DNA of 63,970 nucleotides, the filler included, from Saprolegnia diclina VS20 (taxonomy: Eukaryota), in NCBI RefSeq assembly GCF_000281045.1. It is 5 parts of 3 records of this genome, joined end to end, with 100 filler letters (N's around TTAATTAATTAA, not from the genome) between each part and the next. Parts side by side here need not be neighbours in the genome. Positions count along the whole stretch, not along the records: positions 9,107 to 39,292 come from NW_008246071.1; 4 more parts are not named here. The stretch is one strand, 5' to 3'. Below the pieces are notes generated by a model. It searched no databases and was not told the origin of the DNA. It was given only the letters and a program-made list of their open reading frames with translations. Position numbers and translations under genes: made by a program. How positions within the stretch are numbered: the stretch's first letter is position 1; each line of letters starts with the position of its first letter. Shown here piece after piece: positions 12,098-23,849 of this stretch.

Positions 12098-15000
12098 ATG
12101 GATTTGAACCAGGAACAGCTCGTCCATGAGGTCGAGCGCAAGTACATGGCCGCGGCCGAGACGCTCCGTGTGACCAAGGCGCGCATCGAAGCCCTCGAAG
12201 CCGAACTGGAGGCCAAGCGTGGCGAAATCGCAACGCACAAGGCCCGCGTCGACGCATTGGAGACGGCCAAGCAACAAAGCGACGCCGACCTGGCGCAAGT
12301 GGCGCGCGAGAAGGCGCAGATCGACGAGCAGCTCAATAGCTTCTCGAGCCTTGCGGATCAGCGCTTGCAAGAAATCCACGCCGAGCGTGGTCGCGTCGCG
12401 GATCAGGCAAAACAGCTCGTGGCCCTCCAGACGAGCGAAACGAAGGCGCTCCAGGCACACGCGCGCCTCGAAGCTCAGCTAGCCCCACTGCAGCTCGAAG
12501 TCTCGCGCCTCCGGAAGGAAGTTGCTGCCGAGAAGGCACACCTTGAAGAGGCCCAGTCGCAGCTCGTCGAGAAAAGCCGTGCCTACACAGAGTACCGCCT
12601 CGAGGCGCACAAGAAGATCAGCGACGTTGAACACCAGTGTATCTCAGCAAAGGACGACGCCGCAGACTTGCGCCTCCAGGTCTCTCGGCTCCAAGATGAG
12701 AAGCAGGTGCTCCGAGACGAACTCAAGGTCGAGCGCGAGAGCAACCTCGAGATCCAGACCGAGCACGAACGGGTCGTCGGGCACCTCGAGAAAGAGCTGG
12801 CCGCACAGCACCGTTTGACTGACCTGTACAAGGATGCATCGCAGACAGCGTCATCCAAAGTCGACCAGCTTCAAGCGCTGTGTGAGTCGCTCCAGACGTC
12901 CTTGAAGGAGGCAGAAGACGCGCTTGCCGAGGAAAGCAGCAAAGTCCGCGAAGAGTCGCAGCAGGCGACGATGCATCTCTTCAAGGAGCAGATGCAAGTG
13001 TCGGAGTCGAAGATCGACGAGCTCGAGAGCGCGGTCGCAAAGGCCCACGCCCGCGTTGCTGAGCTCGAAGCCGCGAACGCCGCCGCCGCCCGCCGCATCT
13101 CGACGATCGCAGAGTTTTCAACGACGGCTGGTGAGCTGCACCTGGCCGAAAATGGTCTGAGCGCTTCGGACATGTACGACCGCATTGTGCAGCTGGATGC
13201 GACCGTCGAAGCGGAGCGCGCAGCCAAAGAAAAGCTCGAGGTCTACCTCCAGCGCGTCTTGTCGGAGATCCAGGCCAAGGCGCCGTACCTCGAACGCCTC
13301 AAGAAGGAAAACGCCCGTGCGCTTGCGAGTCACGACGCACTTAGCGACCGGCTCGAGTCGGTCACGAACGAGCTTGGAAAGGCACGCGACCACCTCCGAG
13401 CGGTGCAGAAGGACAAGGAAGGTGTCGAAAGCGAGCGTGACGCGCTGCAGCAGTCGGTGACGGACCTCTCTCGCCAGATCCAGACGCTGCTGTACGCGTC
13501 CGTGAAGGGCCCGTCGGCGCCGCTCTCGGACGAGACCCTCGTCGTGTACCGCAACATTGAGGAGCTGCAAGTGCGCAACCAGCAGCTCCTCAAGATTGTG
13601 CGCGACCTCTCGGAGAAGACCACCAAACCGTCATCATCGGTCGTCGTCACGGTCGAGTCGGACGAAGACCTCGTGCCGTGGAGCCAGGCGCAGTGGGAAA
13701 CGGTGCACGCCGAGCTAGCGACGCTGCGCGAGGAGCGCGCCCGCGAGCAAGAAATGGTGAGCGCGATCGTCAAGCAGCGCGACATGTACCGCGTCTTGCT
13801 CTCGCAGGCCGACGCGCGCTACCAAGAGCAGCCCGCTATTGAAGCAGTGTCGTCGAAGGAGCGACCGGCCATGGACCTCGGGTCCCACGACGCGCGCCTC
13901 CTCCGCGAGCTCCGCGTCGAGTTTGAGGACTACAAGAAGGAGAAGCAAGCGCTCGTGACGTCGCTCCGCGCTGTGATCGACACGCTCCGAGGCGACGTTT
14001 CCAAGGCCAAGGTCGCCGCCATGGAAGCCAGCGTCGAAGCCAAAGCCAACCAAGACAAGTTTGTGCTGGCGGACGCGCGCAAGGCCGAGGCCGAAACCGA
14101 CGTCGCGCGCTTCCGCGCCAAGTACGAGCAGTGCAGTAGTCTCCTTCTCAAGCACCAGGCGACGATCGCCGAGCTCAGCGCTGACGTGGACACCAAGGCC
14201 AACGCACTCTTGCAGACGGAGCGCAGCTTCCGCGACGCTGATGCCGAGCGCACGTATCTCCGTCGCCAGGAAGAGCGCTTGACGCTCGAAGTGACGCAGC
14301 TGCGCCTTGACAGCACCAACCAGCTCAAGCTCATGGACGCCGTGCGCCGTATCGAGTCGTTCCAGACAGACCGCAACGCTGCCGAGCTCGAGCGTGTCAC
14401 GGCGCAGGCGTCGTCGCTCGAGACCAAGGTTGCCGAGCGACAGAAAGCCCTCGACGATGCCAACGCGCTCTCGAGTGCACACATTGCGGAGCTCCAGCTC
14501 GAGCTCAAGGCAGCGCGCAAGGGCTGGGAAGCCGACAAGACCCAGCTGGGATCGGTTCGTGAAGCCCGGGTCGCACTTGACGAGCAAGTGCGAGCGCTCC
14601 AGGCGCAAGTCGCGTCCAAGAATGAAGAGGTGATTTCGCTGCGTGCGACGCTGGCCAAGGGCGCCGGTGTTGCCGCGGCCGAGCGTGTCGCGGGCCTTGA
14701 AACGGCGCTGGAGGACGCCAAGCGCGAGCTGCACGCGGCGCTCACGGCGAAGCAAACGGCTGAGACGCACGCGGACCAGTACAAGGTCATTGCCGACGCC
14801 CACGAAAAGTCGCTCGCTGCGCTCTCGGCCTCGAGTGCCAAGTGGAAGGAAGAGCAGTCGGCGGCGCTGGCTGCGGCGCTTGCGGCGCGCGATAAGGCAG
14901 CCGAAGAGATGGCGTCGCTGCAAAAGTCGATGCTTGCCAACGCGGCCGAAGAAAACAAGCTCCGGCGCGAAATGGACGCCTGGGATGCCGCCAAGCGGCT

Positions 15001-17416
15001 TGACATGCAGAAGGCCGAAGAGCGCGCGCTTCTCGCCGAGAAGGCGAGCGAGGCCGTCAAGAAGGAAGTCGTTGCGCTCCAAGAGCGCCTCTCCAACACT
15101 GAGGAGGACCTCCAGCGCACGCGCGACGACTACACGCGCGAGCTGCAAAAACACTTGACAGCCGTTGTGAGCTGCAACGACCTTCGGCGCGAAGTGGACG
15201 ACGCGCGTCGCGTCGCAAAGGAGCAGCAATTCGCTACGTGCAGCCTCCAGGCGACGCTCGATACGATTGAAGCCCGGCACACGACGGCCATCGCCCAGCT
15301 GCAGGCAGCCGTCGACGACGCCGTTGCTGCCAAGGCTGCGCTCTCAGAGCAAAACCAGTTGCTGCACTCCCAGCTCGAGGTGCTCACGCAGGACATTGCG
15401 CGCGAGCACAACGCGGCGATCTCGTCGTCTGCGTCCAGCGAAGCAGCCGACGAGAAGCAGCTGCGCGACCTCCGCGGCGTCGTCACGTACCTCCGCCGCG
15501 AGCACTCGATTGCCGAGTCCAAGGCCGAAATCGCGCAGCAGGAGACGCTGCGTTTCCAGAGCAAGGTTCGTGCGCTCGAGAAGACAGTTGAGAAGCTCAA
15601 GGCGGAGCAAGAAGCGGCACTCAAGCTTCAAGCGACGGCGCTCATGACGACGGAAGACCAAGGAAAGCGCACGGCGATGCTCGACCAGTTGAGCTTGCTC
15701 CGGGAAAGCAACGCGACGCTGCGCGCCGAGATGCAGGCCGCACTGCACAAGGTCAAAGAAAAGGAGGCAGCGATCGCGGTCTTGGAAGCCAAGGTGGGTC
15801 CGCTCCAGAAGAGCGAGAACCTCTTGAAGGGCCAGATCCAGAACCTCAACGAGGACATCGAGAGTCTGAACCAAGCCAACAAGCGCTGGAAGACGCGCGT
15901 CGACCAGCTCATCGAGAAGTATCAACAGATCGACCCGGAGGAGCACGAGAAGGTCTGTGCCGAGCGCAATTCGCTCAAGACGCAGGTTGAGGCACTTGAA
16001 AAGTCGGCAGCCGACGCGACTGCGGAGCTCGCCAAGGTTCAGCCGCTCACGGCGGAGCTTGAGGCTCGCAAAAACTTTGTCGAGGAACGCTGCCTGAAAC
16101 TGCAGTCGTTTGTCAAGAACTGGAAGGAGCGCGCTGTCAAGAGCGAGGCGCGAACAGCAGAACTCGAGGCCGCCATCTCGACGCTGGAAGCCAAGGCGGC
16201 CGAGAGTGACGCTGCCAAGGGCCTCGAAGACAAGATCAAGGTCGCTGAGAGCGAGGCCAAGAAGGCCCAGGACGCCGAGGTTGAGGTCAAGAAGGCGCTG
16301 GACGCTGAAGCCGACAAGAACGACAAGCTCAAGCTCCTCAACTCGAAGCTCATGGCCAAGGTCAAGGCCTCGGCCGCCGAGATCGCACAGCTCCATGAAA
16401 AGTTGAGCGCATCAACGCCAGCCGTCGAGACCCCTATCGAAGAGCCGCCGACACCCGAAGCTGCAGTTGTCGTTCCGCCGCTCCCTCCCCAGGCCGAGAC
16501 AACGCCGGTGCAAGTCGTGGTCAAGCCTGTGGCGTCGACGCTCGCTGCTGCACCTGCGCCGGTTGTGACAAAACCGTTTGTGACCCCGACGCCAGTTGAT
16601 TCGGCGCCTGCTGCCCAAAAGCCCGTGTTGACGGCAACTACTACGGCAACTAACGTCGTCGTGTCCCCGCCGCTCCCCGCCGAGACCAAGCCTGCTCTTG
16701 CGTCCCCCCCATTGCCTACGGAGCCCAAGGCGGTCATCGCTCTATCGCCTCCGTTGCCAAATGAGCCGAAGCCTGTCGAGGCTGACGCATCAGCGGCCGA
16801 GGAAGCGGATGCATCGTCGTCCTTGCGCGAGATGGCATTGAAGTCTCTCTTGAAAAAGTCCAAGATGGCAGCGCAGCAGAAGGCGCCCGCATCGCCCGCG
16901 AAGCCAACGGTCGTGATTCCAGCGCCAGCAGCGCTGAACCCGGCAGCCCCCGTCTTCAGCATCGCATCCACAACGACCGCCGCACCATTTGCAGCTCCGT
17001 TTGCGGCCGCGCCCATGGCGCCGCTCAAGCTCGATGCACCGACGCCTGCAACAACGTCGCCCCCGAAGGTACGTCGTTTTCTTTTAAAAGAGTGGACGAT
17101 AGCTTAGCGTGCACTGTAGGGCAACCCGTTCCTCAACTTGATGCCGCCAACAGCCTTTGGTTCGAGCGGCCCAACGGGCCTCGTCTTTGGTGGCAACTCG
17201 AAGATCACGTTGCCAGTGCCAACGCTGCCCGCAGACGCAGCGGCGGAAGCCCCGGCCGAGACGGAAGAGCAGCGGCTGCAGCAACGCCTCATGCGCTTCA
17301 AGCGCGTGGCGACGAATGCGATCGAGAACGAACCGCCAGCCAAGAAGGTTGCGACGGCCGATGAGGCCGACGACGCCGACGAAGAAGAGACGAAGGCGGC
17401 GACGTCCGAGCCCTAG
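12098..17416 (+). CDS. TPR: nuclear basket nucleoporin TPR/Mlp1 (long coiled coil)
   Basis: 1669-aa coiled-coil ORF with conserved 'YRNIEELQVRNQQLL', 'IVKQRDMYRVLL', 'VVTYLRRE', 'LLRESNATLR' and 'RWKTRVDQLIEKY'. An intron at 17069-17119 joins the last exon. Confidence 0.9.
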
Positions 17417-17476
17417 TATACGTGACTTAAATGCATATTTCACCCAAATCGCTGGTGACGGTTGAGTTTGAAACCG

Positions 17477-19849
17477 ATGGCTGCAGCGTGGAGCGTAGCG
17501 GCGCTGCGCGAGGCTCTCGCTGGGCTCGGTATCTCCGCCGCGACGCCGGGAGCGCGTGGCGACGACCGGCGGGCTCTTCTCCTCGGTACATATACTTCTG
17601 GTTCTCGTATGATGATGCCCATCCCTCGTCGCAGCTCGATACGAAGAAGCAACCAGATCTACGGCTGTTAGCAGCGCGTCATCCAAGCCAGTAGCAGCAT
17701 CAACAACGTTGAGTCTTACCGATCTGCGTCGGTTGGCACTGCATACGTGAACTCTCGCTGACGTCGTCTTAGAGAGCTCGAGAAGGTTGGCGTGAGCTCG
17801 TCAACACCAGGTCTTCGCGGCGAGGATCGACGCGGCGCCCTGTATGAGCGTTGGCTCGGCCTCCAACGCTCCAACCAGAAAGAGACCATATTGACGGCCA
17901 ATGCAACACCACTCGACGCCACGGACGACGACGCACGCGACCCATCGCGCTCGCCGATGAAGCAAAGTCAAGAGAAGCGAGCGATGGCGCAGGCGCTCTA
18001 CAATAGCGTTCAAAATCTGCGGCAGGCCCGAGTCGAGGCCGTCGCGCGGCGCATGGGCGACGATCTGGCGTCCTTGAATGCTCTTGGGCGAGAGCTCGAT
18101 GCCGGCAACGTATGTGCTTCAATCTCTTGATGACAGCAATGTTCAAGCGCCCTGGAAGGTACAAAGTGAAGACGCGCAGATCCTCCAGAGTCGAATAGCC
18201 GCCCTCGAGCGCAAGGCAATTTCGCCTACTACGCCCCGCGTTTGGCCTCACGGGTTGACCAGGTAGCTCAAGCGCGCGAACACGAGCACAACGACGTCGT
18301 TCATGGCGTCAGAGCTGAGGCTGAGCAGGTTCGGACAGTTGCGCAGCTCGAGTCAGAAATTCAGGCGCATCACCGCCAAGGCTTCAAGGAGCTCGTTGCG
18401 ATGGATGGCCTGCGCGTGAACCCCCTCTTGGCACCACCGACGTCATTGCACCAATTGCGCAGGCAGACATTCGGGAGTACGCTCGCCCGCGGCGGCAGCG
18501 AACGGGCACTGCAGGTTGTAGCTGTCCGAGACCGCATCCAGACCTTCTCGGCACCACAGCCATCCGCACCGGTTTCCAAAGCCGAGAAGCTCGGGCGAAA
18601 AGCCTTCTTTCTTCATGTACTTCAACACGACTGCTTATCCCATCTAACTCGTCTGTCTTAGCGTATCAAGGGCGACTACGACTTGGCCGAACAAACGTTC
18701 AACGAAGCGATTGAGCTGGAGCCGACAAATAGCCGTGAGCAGTGGCGTGCGGCTACCAGTGTTATGCAATGACTTGTAGATAATCTCGGACACTACGCGC
18801 TCTTCCTCGATTATGTCCGCGGTCGTTTGGAGGACGCCGAGGAGTACTACTTGCGTGCGATCGACGCTCCCGCAACAGACGCCACGCAGCTGTCCAACTA
18901 CGCCAGGTTTTGAGCCCCAGTGAGTCGTAATCTCAACTGGTCATGGCGGCTAGCTTCCTCCAGCGCATGCGCAATGATACGTTCCGTGCCCAAGAGTACT
19001 ACAAGCGTGGTCTCACAGCGTTTCCCCGCGACGGTAGCCGGGCTCGTTTGCGTTCGTTTTGACGAATCAAACGTAGCTAGTCACATGGGCAACTACGCGA
19101 GCTTTCTGCGCCGCGTCAAGGGCGACAAGGACAGAGTACGATGGCGCGTTATGTGCAAGCTGCGCAAACAGCCTACGTCTAGGCGCGCGTGTACTTTACA
19201 AAGGCCCTAGCCCTGCAACCCGACCACGTGAATAACCTAGGTATGCTTCCGAGCGTGTACTGGAGTGTCCACGATGCCTTTGTGCTGTTCCTAGTGCAAT
19301 TTGCGTCGCTTTTGACAGAGATGGGACATCTCACGGAAGCAGGCGACATATACGAGCGCGCACTGGTGCTGGACGCCGAAAACGCGAATCTTTACGGTGC
19401 GCAGCATCCTCTCCTCTTGGTTCAACTGAAACAAAAACGTGGGGGAGCATAGGCAACTATGCCAACATGCTGCGCAAGGCAAACCACCTCGGACGCGCCA
19501 AGGAGCTCTACCTGAAAGCGATGCGCATGGATACGAACAATGCCATTGTAGCCCAAAACTAGTACGTCGATGGCAGCTTGATCCAGGTTCTAAATCGACT
19601 GGCGTTCGCTAGCGCGCTATTATTGCGAGATTATCCTTCCTTGCGAACGGGAGAAACCCGCCGGTAGACTGAAGATGTGATTCGAATTCAACCAAAAGCC
19701 TCTGGCGTAGGATCCAAGGCCACCCAGCTGACCATCTCAAGCGTGTCGCCAAGGACGTTCATCTGCTCTCAAAAGCCATCCGCGCCTTCCCAAGTGCTAT
19801 GACATCCCAACAACGCGATCTTGCTACTTCAACGACCTGCACTCTGTAA
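17477..19849 (+). CDS. multi-exon tetratricopeptide-repeat protein with two N-terminal SAP/HeH-like motifs
   Basis: Exons encode repeated 'A..Y.RA+.lDp.n...lgNYA.fL' units. N-terminal motifs are LREALAGLGISAATPGARGDDRRALL and LRRELEKVGVSSSTPGLRGEDRRGAL. Exon boundaries are approximate. Confidence 0.7.
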
Positions 19850-20039
19850 TCAACCATGCGCTGTCATTGCATTCGTCCACGCCGTCCATAGAATAGCACT
19901 GCGCTGTCGCTAATGCGAACTGTTTGATTTTCGATACGGCGATGTTTTTCACATTTGTATGGTCTGAGCGCCCGACCGTTCCGTTTCCGGTTCCATCATT
20001 CCGCAAGTTACCGCCAAGCCCTCACTCGAACAACCGCCC

Positions 20040-20624
20040 ATGCCGATCTACGAGTCGCACCACCAGCACACGGCACGTAAGCCTGCGTCTGCGGCCAAGC
20101 AAGCTACGAGCGCAGCGCCGTCCACGCTGGAGGCTCTCGACCTCGTTGAAGCCTTGCTGGCGCAGCTAGCGCAAGTGGTCACGACCGCGAAGGAAGCCGT
20201 GCACGCCGAGAACGCTTCCCGAGCAGCCGAGCCATCGCTTTGTCTGTCCCGCGACACAAAATCCGGCGCGCCCTGCAAGAACCAGCGGTCCAAGTGCCCG
20301 TACCGTCTCTGTGGCCGCCACACGGATGGCCCGGCGGCAACCAGCCGGACGAGCTCTCCCTCGTGTAAGGACGAAGAAACGTCGATTCCTGCGGCACCTC
20401 GCCGATCGACCTCGACGCACCGCACGGAGCCCCATGCTGCCTCGTACGCACGCGCCTATTCGAGTTCTTCGAGGGACGAGCCAAATCTGCCGCGCTCGTC
20501 TGCGGCACCAGAACGCGGGCGCCCGACTGCTACCAAGGCGGCACCAAAGACGCAGTGCGGTGCCACCACCGCTCGTGGCAAGCCCTGTCGCAACTTTCGT
20601 GGCTCGTGCCCGTACCACAATTAA
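20040..20624 (+). CDS. small protein with two CxxxTxxGxPCxN..CPYH-type zinc-binding motifs
   Basis: CLSRDTKSGAPCKNQRSKCPY and CGATTARGKPCRNFRGSCPYH, separated by a Ser/Pro/Arg-rich linker; intronless. Confidence 0.7.
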   Translation: MPIYESHHQHTARKPASAAKQATSAAPSTLEALDLVEALLAQLAQVVTTAKEAVHAENASRAAEPSLCLSRDTKSGAPCKNQRSKCPYRLCGRHTDGPAATSRTSSPSCKDEETSIPAAPRRSTSTHRTEPHAASYARAYSSSSRDEPNLPRSSAAPERGRPTATKAAPKTQCGATTARGKPCRNFRGSCPYHN

Positions 20625-20736
20625 GCTTGGTTGAGCGCACGACTGTATCCTCCGCAAGGAGTCCGAATGAATCCTGTGCCCTTTCCAGTCTGTCGGCGTG
20701 TGTTAAATACGGCAAGCGATGCTGCTGCATTTGGCT

Positions 20737-23205
20737 TTAGAAATCGTACGAGAAGTTGCTGACGTCGAACCACGAGCTGACATCGACCGAGTTGTTGTCT
20801 AGGCCCAATTGGCTAAACATGGAGCTCGCACCGCCGGAATCGTCGGCGTAGCCCATGGCATTTTCAAACCCAAAGGCCCCACTGGTGTCAACGCCGTTGA
20901 CGCCACTATCGCCAGCGAACAAATCGCCGCCAGCGAAATTGGACCCATCGTCGCCGGCGAACGTGCCGTCGTTCGACTCATACATGCCTTCGTCGTCGTC
21001 ATAGTCGTCATAGTGGTTGGACTCGGACATGTCACGCGCCGGACCGCCCGTCTGGACCTCGATCGTCACCGTCTCGCCGCGTTCGTTCTTCTCGTTGCGG
21101 TTGCCCACGCGCCTGAACGGGCCGTGCGACGCCTCAAAGCGCCGGCTCCGAGTGCACATGTGGCATAAATCAAAGTTGGCGACACGCGTGGATGCGAACC
21201 GGGCGCCGCGGATCGGGCCCAACCGGCAGCCGTCGCACGTGATGTTGATGTGCGTTGTCAGAACGCGGGGCCGCGCGACAGCGTCAAAGGGGCCGTGAGC
21301 TGTGTGGAGGCGTCCGACGCAGCGCTCGCAGCAGTCAAAGTTGGGAGTTTTCTTCGAGATGAAGCGCGTGCCAGCGATTGGGTTGGTGCCGCAGCCGTCG
21401 CACGCAACGTTGGGGTGCACGACTGTCTGGCGCATCTCTTGGAACGGACCCCACGTCGTTTGCACGGCCGGCGACTGCACACAGCGACCGCAGACGTCGA
21501 TGGTTGCATACTTGGTCGATTGGTACCGCGGCCCCGTGATCGGAGTCACCTTGCATCCGTCGCACATGATGCCCGTGTGCACTTGGGCGAGGCGGGGCGG
21601 CGCCGCCGCCATCGGTGCGCTCCGTTTTGATTCCTGGCGCTCTTGTTCTTTGAGCGCAGCTTGACCAGCCTCGAGCACCGGCGCCACGGCTTGGATGGCT
21701 TTGCCCAGCTCTTCGCTCACAAAGACGCTGACAAGGTTTGCGGCCAAGCCCACGGGGACGTTCGCCGCCACAGTGCGCGCTACGTTGTCAATATTGTTGT
21801 TGTTGTTGTTGCTGGCGCTTGGTGCAGGCGCTGCAATGTTGCCGGTCGACGGCGCTCTGCCGAGGTGGGCGTGTTTTTGCCGAACGATGTACTGATTAAC
21901 GCTTTGCAGAGCAGCGTTGAAAGCCGCGGCTTCCGTCGGGCTGTAGCTGCATTCGACAGTGCCCGTGCTGGTGAGTGCCCACCCGCTGTACTGGCGCGAG
22001 CGCAGGCGCTCATTGAGGCGGGACATGGCCGTGAAAAGACCGTCGACAAGCGGCTTGAAGCGAGGGTGCTGCGCGTAAATCGCGTTGAGCTCGGTCGCAA
22101 CGACGACGCGGTACGTGACGCCCTCGGTCGTCTTCAAGCTCATCGAGAGCGCGCCCGTCGGCTGTTTGGCAAGAGCGACGAGCACGGATGCTATGTCAAC
22201 CTTCTTGGGCGCTGCCAAGGACGGCGCGCTTGGGGCATGCACCAAGTGCTTTACTGGCGACGGCTTGGTTGGTGCAACCGGTGGCTTGATCGCAGCAGCC
22301 TGCGATACAGGCGTGGCAATCGGCAGTCTCTTGGCAACGGGAGGTCCAGGGGCACTCGCTGGCGTCTCTTTCTGGGGCGCGGCAGGTGTGACAGTGGGGG
22401 CCGACAGTGGTGCTGGCAACGCGGCCGTGGACGCGCGGCGAGGTGGTTGCGGCGTTGGCGCAGATGATGACGAAGAGGCCGACGACGCGGAGAGCGACCG
22501 CGCTGGAGACGAGAGGTTGGGCGCGGACGCGGACGGGGTGACGGTGGGGCGGCTACGAAGGTGCGACACAATGGCCGTGAACCACGCCGTGCACGATTGC
22601 GCGTCGTCGGCGTAGAACTTAAAGACGCGGTTGCCCGAACCTTTGGCAACAAGGCCGTGCTGGAGATCACTCGCGCGTTCAATCGCCAAGACCTGGAAAG
22701 ACCCTTTAGGCTTGAGCGTCGGCGTGAGCTTGTCCGTCTCAAAGTAGTGCAAGTGGCAGCTCTGAAGCACCATGAAGCGGCGCTTCCAGTTCTTCACGAC
22801 GCTTCCTTGCTTGCAGATCCAGCCGCGGTGGTCGCGGGTTGGCGGCGCACTCACCGACCGTGCCCGCTGCTTGTGGTGAACGATAAACCCATTGAGATCC
22901 TGCAGTTTTGCGTTGAAGGTCGCGACAACCGTTTGGTCGCTGGCAACGTCCGAGATGACTTCGCCCGTCGAAGTGATGCGCCAGCCGTCGTACCCGTGCT
23001 TCTCGAACGCTCCGTTCATGTGCATGAGCGCTGTGAAGAGGCCGTCGACACGCGGCTGCAAATCGCGGTGCGCAGCATATAGCTGGTCCAAAATGGCCTT
23101 GGAGATGAGCTCACGCTCGTTGCCTTGCTGGAGCTCGAGGCCCATGTGAAGCTGCCCATTCGCGCCCTTGCGGAAGCCCACGGTGACATCGCCGATGGCG
23201 GCCAT
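20737..23205 (-). CDS. PH domain + three ZZ-type zinc finger protein with a duplicated unknown domain
   Basis: PH: 'HRGWICKQGSVVKNWKRRFMVL...W'. Three 'H.xI.CDGC...PI.G.R+.S....FD.C..C' ZZ-like units; acidic Gly-rich tail. Confidence 0.85.
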   Translation of the reverse strand: MAAIGDVTVGFRKGANGQLHMGLELQQGNERELISKAILDQLYAAHRDLQPRVDGLFTALMHMNGAFEKHGYDGWRITSTGEVISDVASDQTVVATFNAKLQDLNGFIVHHKQRARSVSAPPTRDHRGWICKQGSVVKNWKRRFMVLQSCHLHYFETDKLTPTLKPKGSFQVLAIERASDLQHGLVAKGSGNRVFKFYADDAQSCTAWFTAIVSHLRSRPTVTPSASAPNLSSPARSLSASSASSSSSAPTPQPPRRASTAALPAPLSAPTVTPAAPQKETPASAPGPPVAKRLPIATPVSQAAAIKPPVAPTKPSPVKHLVHAPSAPSLAAPKKVDIASVLVALAKQPTGALSMSLKTTEGVTYRVVVATELNAIYAQHPRFKPLVDGLFTAMSRLNERLRSRQYSGWALTSTGTVECSYSPTEAAAFNAALQSVNQYIVRQKHAHLGRAPSTGNIAAPAPSASNNNNNNIDNVARTVAANVPVGLAANLVSVFVSEELGKAIQAVAPVLEAGQAALKEQERQESKRSAPMAAAPPRLAQVHTGIMCDGCKVTPITGPRYQSTKYATIDVCGRCVQSPAVQTTWGPFQEMRQTVVHPNVACDGCGTNPIAGTRFISKKTPNFDCCERCVGRLHTAHGPFDAVARPRVLTTHINITCDGCRLGPIRGARFASTRVANFDLCHMCTRSRRFEASHGPFRRVGNRNEKNERGETVTIEVQTGGPARDMSESNHYDDYDDDEGMYESNDGTFAGDDGSNFAGGDLFAGDSGVNGVDTSGAFGFENAMGYADDSGGASSMFSQLGLDNNSVDVSSWFDVSNFSYDF

Positions 23206-23849
23206 AGCGTGCAGATTGAATTCTGGCAGGCCTTCCCATCCCTCATTCTCTTCTTGAAGGATCAAAGCCGCCGCCAATCAGAGACGCGGGTCGTGTCGAT
23301 TTGCACCAGCAGGAGAGACAGGCGGTGAATCTGACGTCAATTTCGGCCAGCGAGAAAGTGCTTCAAAGCGAGACGCTCGCTCGTGCTGAGGCTCGTGCAA
23401 GCTGCTTCTTCAAGGCGCTCCATGCGAGCCCCATCTATCGATGACCGAGTTTGGCCAAAACCAGGGGTTGGAATTGACCAGCAACGATGGGCACCACAAT
23501 GATTCCATCGTGTTCGATGATCGTCAGTGGAAAAACCAACAGCGCACTCTCCACGCGCTACGGCAAGAAACCGGCTCCAGTACGTACAAACCTCAGTCTT
23601 GTCATGCATGACCAAAGGCGTTGTCTGCTCCCTTCCTCTGCACCGCTTCGCTCAGCTGCTCGCTTCCCTGGGTTGGCAGAAAGCAACTATCACGAATGCA
23701 CTGGTTTGGACCAGCGGGCAAAACTCTGTTTGAAACAGAAGCAAAGGCATACAAATTCCAAGGTGGATGGACCTGCTGGCGGAGAGCCAATCAGAGAGCC
23801 CATCCAACCAAGTTGGACATCGGTGGCAGACGCGGGAGGAGCAGTCGCC

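Noticed and set aside
13715..17028. Long antisense ORFs opposite TPR (similarly 39750-41252, 42482-43828, 55909-57489, 59350-60378)
   Set aside because: These are shadows of GC3-biased sense genes and carry no motifs of their own.
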